From contig JAWOID010000106.1 of the NCBI GenBank assembly GCA_046484865.1, forward strand, positions 1 through 55,149: a stretch of DNA of 55,149 nucleotides. The letters are read 5' to 3'. The first letter of the stretch is position 1. Every line of letters begins with the position of its first letter. Source of the DNA: Candidatus Krumholzibacteriia bacterium. Lineage in GTDB: Bacteria; Krumholzibacteriota; Krumholzibacteriia; LZORAL124-64-63. Made by a program: the position numbers and the translations under genes. This document shows positions 10,787-18,672 of the stretch, piece by piece. The notes under the pieces were generated by a model, which saw nothing but the letters and a program-made list of their open reading frames with translations, made no database searches and was not told the DNA's origin.

Positions 10787-11308
10787 ATGAAGCGATACAT
10801 GACAGTCTTCACCCTATCACTCGCTCTGACGGCGCTCTTCGCCACGGCGGCACTCGCGTGCGGCGACGAGACCGCCAAGGCTGCCGCCGCGAAGGCGGAG
10901 GCCCAGGCCGCCGACCTGAAGGACGGCGCCTGTGGTGCGAAGGCCGCCGCCGCGAAGATCCAGGCCGCCGACCTGAAGGACGGCGCCTGTGGTGCGAAGG
11001 CCGCCGCCGCGAAGGTCCAGACCGCCGACCTGAAGGACGGCACCTGTGGTGCGAAGGCCGCCGCCGCCAAGGTCCAGACCGCCGACCTGAAGGACGGCGC
11101 CTGTGGTGCGAAGGCCGCCGCCGCCAAGGTCCAGACCGCCGACCTGAAGGACGGCGCCTGTGGTGCGAAGGCCGCCGACGCGAAGGTCCAGACCGCCGAC
11201 CTGAAGGACGGCACCTGTGGTGCGAAGGCCGCCGCGGTCGAGACGGCTGACGCGGCCGAGAAGCCGGCCACCGAGGAGAATGCAACGGAGTCGAAGACGG
11301 CAGGTTGA
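10787..11308 (+). CDS. Secreted low-complexity protein with six Cys-containing 19-aa repeats
   Basis: GAGG RBS; signal peptide MKRYMTVFTLSLALTALFATAALA then CGD; repeats ADLKDG[A/T]CGAKAAAAKVQT. Confidence 0.85.
   Translation: MKRYMTVFTLSLALTALFATAALACGDETAKAAAAKAEAQAADLKDGACGAKAAAAKIQAADLKDGACGAKAAAAKVQTADLKDGTCGAKAAAAKVQTADLKDGACGAKAAAAKVQTADLKDGACGAKAADAKVQTADLKDGTCGAKAAAVETADAAEKPATEENATESKTAG
10910..11235 (+). repeat. 57-bp in-frame tandem repeat, 6 copies (last one partial)
   Basis: gccgacctgaaggacggc starts at 10910, 10967, 11024, 11081, 11138 and 11195. Confidence 0.95.
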
Positions 11309-11363
11309 GTGAGGGATCTGCCCTCCGAATCTGACCGGACGCCGTACCGTCCGGATCGACGAC

Positions 11364-11392
11364 AGGGCCTCCGCTCCACGAGCGGAGGCCCT
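11364..11392. terminator. Hairpin between convergent genes (likely bidirectional terminator)
   Basis: 13-bp perfect stem agggcctccgctc-cac-gagcggaggccct. Confidence 0.7.
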
Positions 11393-11423
11393 TCTGTGCC
11401 GGAGGCGTCCTTCGCTGGTCCCG

Positions 11424-12809
<1,386 letters not shown>

Positions 12810-12852
12810 GATCGGACCTCCGCACGACAAGATAGCGAGGGGTGCCGTTGTA

Positions 12853-12884
12853 TGCAACGGATGTGTTGCAACACTATCGTTGCA
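12853..12884. promoter_or_regulatory. Two overlapping TGCAAC-N6-GTTGCA palindromes (candidate activator-binding UAS)
   Basis: tgcaac-ggatgt-gttgca at 12853-12870 and tgcaac-actatc-gttgca at 12867-12884. Confidence 0.65.
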
Positions 12885-13011
12885 GGCAGCACCTGGCGAT
12901 GGCACGACCGATGGTCAGATCCGCTTCAGGTCCCCGTGTCAGTCACGCCAACCAGTTGCATCGCAAGAGATTGAGCGCAACGAACAGCTCATCCGGCCAT
13001 TCTCGCCGGCA

Positions 13012-13027
13012 TGGCACGGATCGTGCG
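13012..13027 (+). promoter_or_regulatory. sigma54 (-24/-12) promoter for trxA
   Basis: TGGCACGgatcgTGCg; GG at 13013 and GC at 13025 give the canonical spacing; activator gene is divergent. Confidence 0.7.
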
Positions 13028-13120
13028 GTGGGAAGCGGGTTCGATGACATCGGCAGCCGAGCGCAACAGCCCCGGCGAATCCACGGCCGCCCGGCGGCCC
13101 GAGCGAAGGAGTGGAGACAC

Positions 13121-13444
13121 ATGGCCGGCACCATCAAGCTGGACAGCAACAACTGGCAGAACGAGGTTCTCGAGAGCGGCGAGCCCGTTCTGGTCGACTT
13201 CTGGGCCCCCTGGTGCGGCCCCTGCAAGATGATCGGCCCCATCGTCGAGGAGCTGGCGGGCGAGTACTCCGGCCGGGTGAAGGTCGGGAAGGTGAACGTC
13301 GATGACAACCAGCATCTCGCCAGCCAGTTCGGCATCCGGGGCATCCCCACCGTGATGATCTTCAAGGACGGTCAGGTGGCGAACAGCTTCGTGGGGTTGC
13401 GCTCGAAGGACGACCTGGCGTCGGCTCTGGACGCCTTGCTGTAG
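13121..13444 (+). CDS. trxA: Thioredoxin
   Basis: VDFWAPWCGPCK and GIRGIPT motifs; AGGAG/GGAG RBS. Confidence 0.97.
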   Translation: MAGTIKLDSNNWQNEVLESGEPVLVDFWAPWCGPCKMIGPIVEELAGEYSGRVKVGKVNVDDNQHLASQFGIRGIPTVMIFKDGQVANSFVGLRSKDDLASALDALL

Positions 13445-14621
13445 ACGGAGGGCTGCCTGCAGCGGCGGCCACTCGCGCGACCAGAGCCTCGGCCAGCAGC
13501 CGTCCGTTGGCAGCCTCGTGGCTGAAGATGCTGCCGGCCACGGTGAGATCGAGGTCGGCGACGTGGAACGCGAACGTGTTCCAGAAGCCCTGGTGGCCGA
13601 GCGCCGAATGACCGGCCAGCTCCACCGCCGCGAGCCCGAGGCGGTAAGTCGGCGTTCCCGACTGCACCATGGTCTCGAGGGTCTCCGGTCGCTCGAAAAC
13701 ATGCCCCTCCAGCAGCAGGCGCAGGAACCGGGCCAGGTCCGCCGCGCTGGAGACGAGGCCACCGCCGCCGTGCAGGTCGATCGACGGGTTCCAGTCCGTG
13801 ACGTCGTGGTCCCCGTAGTACTGGTGCGCGCGCGGGTTCGCCGTCGCCGGCCGCGGCTCCTGGTCTTCCCACCAGGTGTCCGGCAGGCCGAGGGCATCGA
13901 GTCCGAGCAGGTCCCGGACCGCCGGCCCGAGGAGTCGCCCCGTCGCGCGGGAGACGATCTCGCCGAGGATGACGTAGCCGGTATCCGAGTAGCGGTACGT
14001 CTCTCCCGGTGCGCCCACCGGGTCGCACTGCTCGATGCAGAACCGGATCTGCTCGTCCGCGGTCCACACGTGCTGCGGGTCGGCGATGATCGCGGCGGCA
14101 TAGGCATCACCGTCGCTGTGGTCGCAGAGTCCGCTCGTGTGTCCGAGCACCTGCCGCAGCGTCATCGCGTCGAGATCGTAGCCGTCGGCGGCGAGGAGGC
14201 TGCGCTGCTCCCGCGGGAGATGGCGCGCCAGGGGATCGTCCAGGCCCAGACGCCCCTGTTCCACCAGCCGCAGCACCGCCGCCGCGGTGTAGGGCTTGGT
14301 GTTGCTGGCGATGCGGAAGGTGTGAGCCGGCGTCAGCGGCTCGTCTCCGTCGCGGCGGACGCGGCCCGCAGCGCCGGACCACGAGAGTCCGACGAGCGGG
14401 CACACCGCCCGCGCGCTCACTCCGGGCGCCACCGGATCGTCCGCCAGGAAAGCCTCGAGGATCGCCTGCAGATCGCGTTCCAGCCCGGCCCGGCCAGGCG
14501 CGCCGGACGGCTCTCCCGACGGCTCTCCGGCATCGCCCCGGCCGCTCGCCCCGAGCGCCGGCGCGACCGCCAGCATCCCCAGTGCGAGCACCACCAGCAA
14601 CGTCGTGCGGTCCGCTCTCAT
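13362..14621 (-). CDS. Secreted serine hydrolase, beta-lactamase class C / D-peptidase family
   Basis: Signal peptide; FRIASNTK (SxxK), YRYSDTGY, GGGLVSS and GHQG motifs. Confidence 0.9.
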   Translation of the reverse strand: MRADRTTLLVVLALGMLAVAPALGASGRGDAGEPSGEPSGAPGRAGLERDLQAILEAFLADDPVAPGVSARAVCPLVGLSWSGAAGRVRRDGDEPLTPAHTFRIASNTKPYTAAAVLRLVEQGRLGLDDPLARHLPREQRSLLAADGYDLDAMTLRQVLGHTSGLCDHSDGDAYAAAIIADPQHVWTADEQIRFCIEQCDPVGAPGETYRYSDTGYVILGEIVSRATGRLLGPAVRDLLGLDALGLPDTWWEDQEPRPATANPRAHQYYGDHDVTDWNPSIDLHGGGGLVSSAADLARFLRLLLEGHVFERPETLETMVQSGTPTYRLGLAAVELAGHSALGHQGFWNTFAFHVADLDLTVAGSIFSHEAANGRLLAEALVARVAAAAGSPPSTARRPEPTPGRPSSATPRSCSPPDRP

Positions 14622-14685
14622 GGTTTTCCTCCGGTCGGCGCCGCCAGGAGCGGCGAGGGCCTGCTCGATCCTGGCGCGGGCCGGT

Positions 14686-14727
14686 TTGATCGCGGCCCGT
14701 GCGGGCTTGATCGCGGCCCGTGCGGGC
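14686..14727. repeat. 21-bp direct repeat x2 in a divergent intergenic region
   Basis: ttgatcgcggcccgtgcgggc at 14686 and 14707; a degenerate copy lies upstream. Confidence 0.85.
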
Positions 14728-14763
14728 GCGATACTTGGATCGCTCTCGAGCGAAAGGTACAGG

Positions 14764-15657
14764 ATGACGCGGATCATGGACGGCTTCAAGCGCCGGTTCG
14801 GCGGCGGCCATAGCCCGAACAACCTGGTGTTCATCGTCTTCGACAGCTGCCGCTGGGACGCCTACCAGGCTGCGCGCACGCCCAACCTGGACCGCATCGG
14901 CGTCGCGGAGATGCGCTACAGCTACGCCAGCTGGACCAGCCCCAGCCATTATACGTTCCTGATGGGCATGGTGCCGCACCTGAGCCCCAAGGGCGTGTTC
15001 GCGTCCAACGTGTACCGTGAGGAGTTCTCCCTCTGGTCCGAGCGCCTGAACATCCCCGACGTGGCCTTCACCAAGTTCGTCCCCGAACTCTCGCTGCCCC
15101 ACTTCCTCCGGCAGCAGAACTACTGGTGCGAGGGCTGGGTGAGCCTGCCGGTCCTGAACCCGATGACCAGCATGGCGGTGCACTTCGACCGCTACGAGCT
15201 GGCGCCGTCGCACAACGACCTGCGCGCCATCCTGCGCAAGCTGCAGTTCCGCGACGGGCAGCCGTCGTTCTTCTTCATCAACACCGGCGAGACCCACTAC
15301 CCCTATCTGCTGCCGGGCGAGAAGGCGGAGGACCTGCCCCACATCAGCGGTGTCCACGGCGTGTTCAAGTCGCTCGACGAGTTCCTGAAGAACCCGGGCG
15401 CGTTCGTCGCGGACCGGCGCGAGGAGGAGTTCTTCTCGCCGGAGCAGTTCCGCGCGTTCTACGACAAGCAGATCGCCTGCGTGGAGCATCTCGACGGAGT
15501 GGTGGGCGAGTTCATGGAGCGCTGCCCTGCGAACACGCACTTCATGATCATGTCCGACCACGGCGAGCTGTTCGGCGAGGCGGGATACTTCGGGCACGGG
15601 CCGATCTTCCACGAGAAGGTCTTCGAGGTCTTCTATCTCGAGGGTCGTCGTCCCTGA
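14764..15657 (+). CDS. Alkaline phosphatase/sulfatase superfamily metalloenzyme
   Basis: FIVFDSCRWD, TPNLD, SWTSPSH, ETHYPY and SDHGELFGE..GHG motifs. Confidence 0.8.
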   Translation: MTRIMDGFKRRFGGGHSPNNLVFIVFDSCRWDAYQAARTPNLDRIGVAEMRYSYASWTSPSHYTFLMGMVPHLSPKGVFASNVYREEFSLWSERLNIPDVAFTKFVPELSLPHFLRQQNYWCEGWVSLPVLNPMTSMAVHFDRYELAPSHNDLRAILRKLQFRDGQPSFFFINTGETHYPYLLPGEKAEDLPHISGVHGVFKSLDEFLKNPGAFVADRREEEFFSPEQFRAFYDKQIACVEHLDGVVGEFMERCPANTHFMIMSDHGELFGEAGYFGHGPIFHEKVFEVFYLEGRRP

Positions 15658-15695
15658 AGCCCGGCTTCGAGCGCCCCTCGCGGGCGGCTTCCCGG

Positions 15696-16799
15696 TCAGT
15701 TCGCGCGCAGCACCAGCCAGGTGATGTCGTCGAGCTGCCGTGCCGGTCCGGTGAAGTCCTGCACGTCGCGGGTCAGCGCCTCGACCGCATCGGCGGCTCC
15801 TCCTCGGCCGATCCCGCGCACGCTCGCCCGCAGCCGTTCGTCGCCGTACGCGATTCCCTCCCCGTCGATCGCGTCCACGACCCCGTCGGTGTAGACCACG
15901 AGCAGATCGCCCGGGGCGAGCGTCACGACGGCCGCCGGATACTCCGCATCGGGCATCATGCCGAGCGGGATACCGCCCTCGGCAAGGACCTCCAGCTCAC
16001 CCGAAGTCCGGCGCAGGAGCGGCGGATTGTGACCCGCGCCCACGTACGTCAGGCGGCGCGCGCGCGGATCGTACCCGGCCAGGAAAGCGGTGACGAAGCG
16101 GCGCCCGCCGTTGCTGCGCGCGCACGTGGCGACGTTCAGGGCGCGGACCAGGCCCACCAGATCGGCGCGCCCGGCCACGAGGGCGCGGAAGCTGGCGCCG
16201 AAGTGGGCCATCAGCAGGGCGGCGGGCACGCTCTTGCCGGCAACGTCGGCGACGGCCACCAGCAACTGCGGCCCGGCACCGGCGTCATTGCGGACCAGTC
16301 CGTCGTAGAAGTCGCCGCCGACGGTGTTCGCCGGCCGGGTGGCAAAGGCCACGTCCACGCCCGGCAGCACCGGCGGCTCGGGCGGCAACAGCCACCGCTG
16401 GATCTCTCGCGCCAGTTCGAGATCGCGCTTCATCGCCACGCGGTCGGCCAGTTCCAGGGCGAGCAGCCCCACCACGAGCAGGAACGCGATCAGGAACTCC
16501 AGCTCCTGCGGCAAGCCCTGCAACCGGACGTCCAGGATCGCCATCAACGCGAACGCCGCGGCGGCGATGAGCAGCAGCCGGCGGGCCGGTGACAGCTTCC
16601 TCAGCATGGCCCAGGCGAGGATGCGCGCTGCCGTGAGCGGTCGCCGCCAGCGGCTGCGCGCCTCCAGATCCGCGTCGTCGAGATCGCGGGAGTAGAAGGC
16701 ATAGCCGTCGCGCGCATCCATCCGGAACTCCGCCCAGATGTCCTGCAGCCTCATTCCCTCGGTCAGGCGCTCCCAGCTGCGCCGGAATCCATCGGTCAT
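15696..16799 (-). CDS. Membrane-bound PP2C/SpoIIE (RsbU-like) protein phosphatase
   Basis: Two TM helices; DLELAREIQ, VGGDFYD, ADVAGK, AGHNPP, YTDG and DDIT motifs. Confidence 0.92.
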   Translation of the reverse strand: MTDGFRRSWERLTEGMRLQDIWAEFRMDARDGYAFYSRDLDDADLEARSRWRRPLTAARILAWAMLRKLSPARRLLLIAAAAFALMAILDVRLQGLPQELEFLIAFLLVVGLLALELADRVAMKRDLELAREIQRWLLPPEPPVLPGVDVAFATRPANTVGGDFYDGLVRNDAGAGPQLLVAVADVAGKSVPAALLMAHFGASFRALVAGRADLVGLVRALNVATCARSNGGRRFVTAFLAGYDPRARRLTYVGAGHNPPLLRRTSGELEVLAEGGIPLGMMPDAEYPAAVVTLAPGDLLVVYTDGVVDAIDGEGIAYGDERLRASVRGIGRGGAADAVEALTRDVQDFTGPARQLDDITWLVLRAN

Positions 16800-16940
16800 G
16801 AGCTCGCCAATCCTCTCGAGATGGTCGCCAGCCGCCGCCGCTCGGCATGCCGCCGGACGCGGGAGCGATGCCCCGGCGGCGCTGCCCGACCCTACGGCGC
16901 CGCACCGTTCAGGTTTCCTTATTCCGCGCAAATTGTTTCC

Positions 16941-17183
16941 AGCTCCTGGTCATGATGCCGAACTGGCCGTTCACGCCGCGCACTTCAAGTCGTGGCGCCG
17001 GTTCACGTTCAGCGCCCGCGTCCTGACCTCCCCCCGGTAGTGCTGATGCCAGCGAGTTGCGAACGTCTGTGAACTGAAGGTGTCACCACGGTGCAGGCAG
17101 CGAAACCTGCGGATACGGGTGGGTTCGGCGCGGCCGAGATACGAGCCCATGCGTTTGAACCGCCAACCCGGCTGCAAGGAGCT
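16941..17183 (+). ncRNA. Candidate 6S RNA-like structured RNA (~243 nt)
   Basis: Closing helix agctcct/aggagct plus gccg/cggc, tggc/gcca and gttca/tgaac; inner helix gtggcgcc-ggttcac-gttc with gaac..gtgaactg..ggtgtcac; central asymmetric bubble; no credible ORF; strand inferred. Confidence 0.5.
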
Positions 17184-17306
17184 GTGGTCCTTGCAAGTAG
17201 AATCCCGGGCAAGGGGCGGCGCCCAGTGGGGATCGTCGAGTTCGTTGGTGCCCATGCCGGCCGGATTGCAGTTCCGGGGCCGGAAACAATCTTCGTGGAA
17301 TTACTG

Positions 17307-18260
17307 TCAGGCTGCAGGGGGCTTGCGTATCGCCGCCAGCAGCGCCGGGGCGACGTCGCTGATCCGCTCCACCGCCTCCACCAGTTCCCGCGCCCCGGGG
17401 CCCCACGCCAGCAGCGGCACCGGATTGGCCGTATGACGGGGCGTCGTCAGATCCTCGATGTTCCCGTGGTCGCTCGAGAGGACCACCAGCGCCTGGTGTG
17501 GCCCCCGCGCGGCCTCCTCCCGCAGCAGCGCGGCGAGGAAGGCATCCAGACCCGCCAGCTCGGCCTCGCTGCGCGCGCGATCGGCCGCGTGACCGGCACG
17601 GTCGGTCTGGAAGTACTCGTACAGGGCCAGCTCGTACGGCGCGGCGGCCGTCGCGAGCCGCACCCCCGCCTGCACGGGCGTCCACTCCGGCACCGTGAAC
17701 CCGCGCCAGCGCAACTCGCGATTGGTGAACTCCTGGTAGACCGCCCGGCCCGCGTGCAGATCGTCCAGCGTGAAGAACGGCAGACCCGCGGCCAGGTTGG
17801 CGACGGTCGAAGCCGACAGGCGCCATTGCTGCTCCGTGCTCAGCACAAAGAAGAGCGGCCGGTACGCGTTCATGAAGGCCGCGCGCCGCCCCTGCAGCGT
17901 CGCCAGGCGCAGGAGGGAGTGCTCCCGCAGCAGTTCGCGGAGGACGTCGTTGGGGAAGCCGGTGAGGTGCTTGCCGAGGCGTGCCTGGGCGTTGCGGCCG
18001 GTGAAGAGGCTGGTCTGCCCGGTGGCGCTCTGGGGCAGTCCGGGCACGCCGAGTTGCGCGTCGATCCCCCGCGCCCAGCCGCTCGCCGCATGGGGCCGTG
18101 GCGAGGTCGGCTCACCACCCAGCCGCAGCAGCTCGCCGCCGTAGCTCAGGAGCGGATTGCGCGCCGGGTCCTCGTCGCCCCAGCCGATGCCGTCGACGAA
18201 GATCAGGATCGCGCGCTGCGGTCGCGCCGTATCCGGCCGGTCCCCGGCCAACCCGTCCAT
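17307..18260 (-). CDS. Alkaline phosphatase superfamily / phosphoglycerate mutase-like metalloenzyme
   Basis: LIFVDGIG, PQSATGQTSLFTG, TDRAGH, SDHGNIED and HTANPVP motifs. Confidence 0.85.
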   Translation of the reverse strand: MDGLAGDRPDTARPQRAILIFVDGIGWGDEDPARNPLLSYGGELLRLGGEPTSPRPHAASGWARGIDAQLGVPGLPQSATGQTSLFTGRNAQARLGKHLTGFPNDVLRELLREHSLLRLATLQGRRAAFMNAYRPLFFVLSTEQQWRLSASTVANLAAGLPFFTLDDLHAGRAVYQEFTNRELRWRGFTVPEWTPVQAGVRLATAAAPYELALYEYFQTDRAGHAADRARSEAELAGLDAFLAALLREEAARGPHQALVVLSSDHGNIEDLTTPRHTANPVPLLAWGPGARELVEAVERISDVAPALLAAIRKPPAA

Positions 18261-18309
18261 CGGCGTCCACCTGGTGAGGCGCCGTCCGCCGGCGCCGCCC
18301 GGGACGGAC

Positions 18310-18338
18310 GAGGGCCCTCTCGGGAAGAGAGGGCCCTC
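18310..18338 (-). terminator. Hairpin downstream of the tRNA pair
   Basis: 12-bp stem gagggccctctc-N5-gagagggccctc. Confidence 0.65.
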
Positions 18339-18344
18339 ATCGAG

Positions 18345-18420
18345 TGGTAGCCCCTACGGGACTCGAACCCGTGTTACCGCCGTGAGAGGGCGGCGTCCTA
18401 GACCGCTAGACGAAGGGGCC
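18345..18420 (-). tRNA. tRNA-Glu (CTC)
   Basis: Cloverleaf GGCCCCT..ccgcc-ctCTCac-ggcgg..GTTCGAG..AGGGGCT-A-CCA. Confidence 0.95.
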
Positions 18421-18485
18421 GACCGTATCGCTCTCGCCGCGGGCCGCTGCGGTCGTGACGCGCGGGCGGCGGCAGATTGCCAGCT

Positions 18486-18559
18486 TGGTTGCCCGGGGAG
18501 GACTCGAACCCCCATCGACTGATCCAGAGTCAGCTGTCCTGCCATTGGACGACCGGGCA
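18486..18559 (-). tRNA. tRNA-Gln (CTG)
   Basis: TGCCCGG..gctga-ctCTGga-tcagt..GTTCGAG..CCGGGCA-A-CCA; U1-A72 pair. Confidence 0.95.
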
Positions 18560-18570
18560 ATCGGTGCCCG

Positions 18571-18599
18571 AATATACAGCGAGTGCCCCACCCGCGCAA
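18571..18599 (-). promoter_or_regulatory. sigma70 promoter for tRNA-Gln/Glu
   Basis: TTGCGC-N17-TATATT on the minus strand, just upstream of tRNA-Gln. Confidence 0.65.
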
Positions 18600-18672
18600 G
18601 AATCGCGGACCCGAATCGCGGACGCGAAACCGATGCGTCGGAAAGCGTGCGCCGACGCTGCCGTCGAACAGC

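Noticed and set aside
10910..11235. 57-bp repeats as a CRISPR array
   Set aside because: No unique spacers, the period is a multiple of 3 inside a signal-peptide ORF, and there are no cas genes.
12900..12915. Second sigma54 site TGGCACGaccgATGG
   Set aside because: Lacks the -12 GC dinucleotide.
16941..17183. raiA-motif, SRP, tmRNA, RNase P or group II intron identity
   Set aside because: Only short words (GATGCCAG, AGCGAAAC) resemble those RNAs; their diagnostic cores are absent and the rod-plus-bubble fold fits 6S better.
16971..17436. Short ORFs in the 16.8-17.3 kb gap
   Set aside because: No RBS, no family motifs and atypical codon usage.
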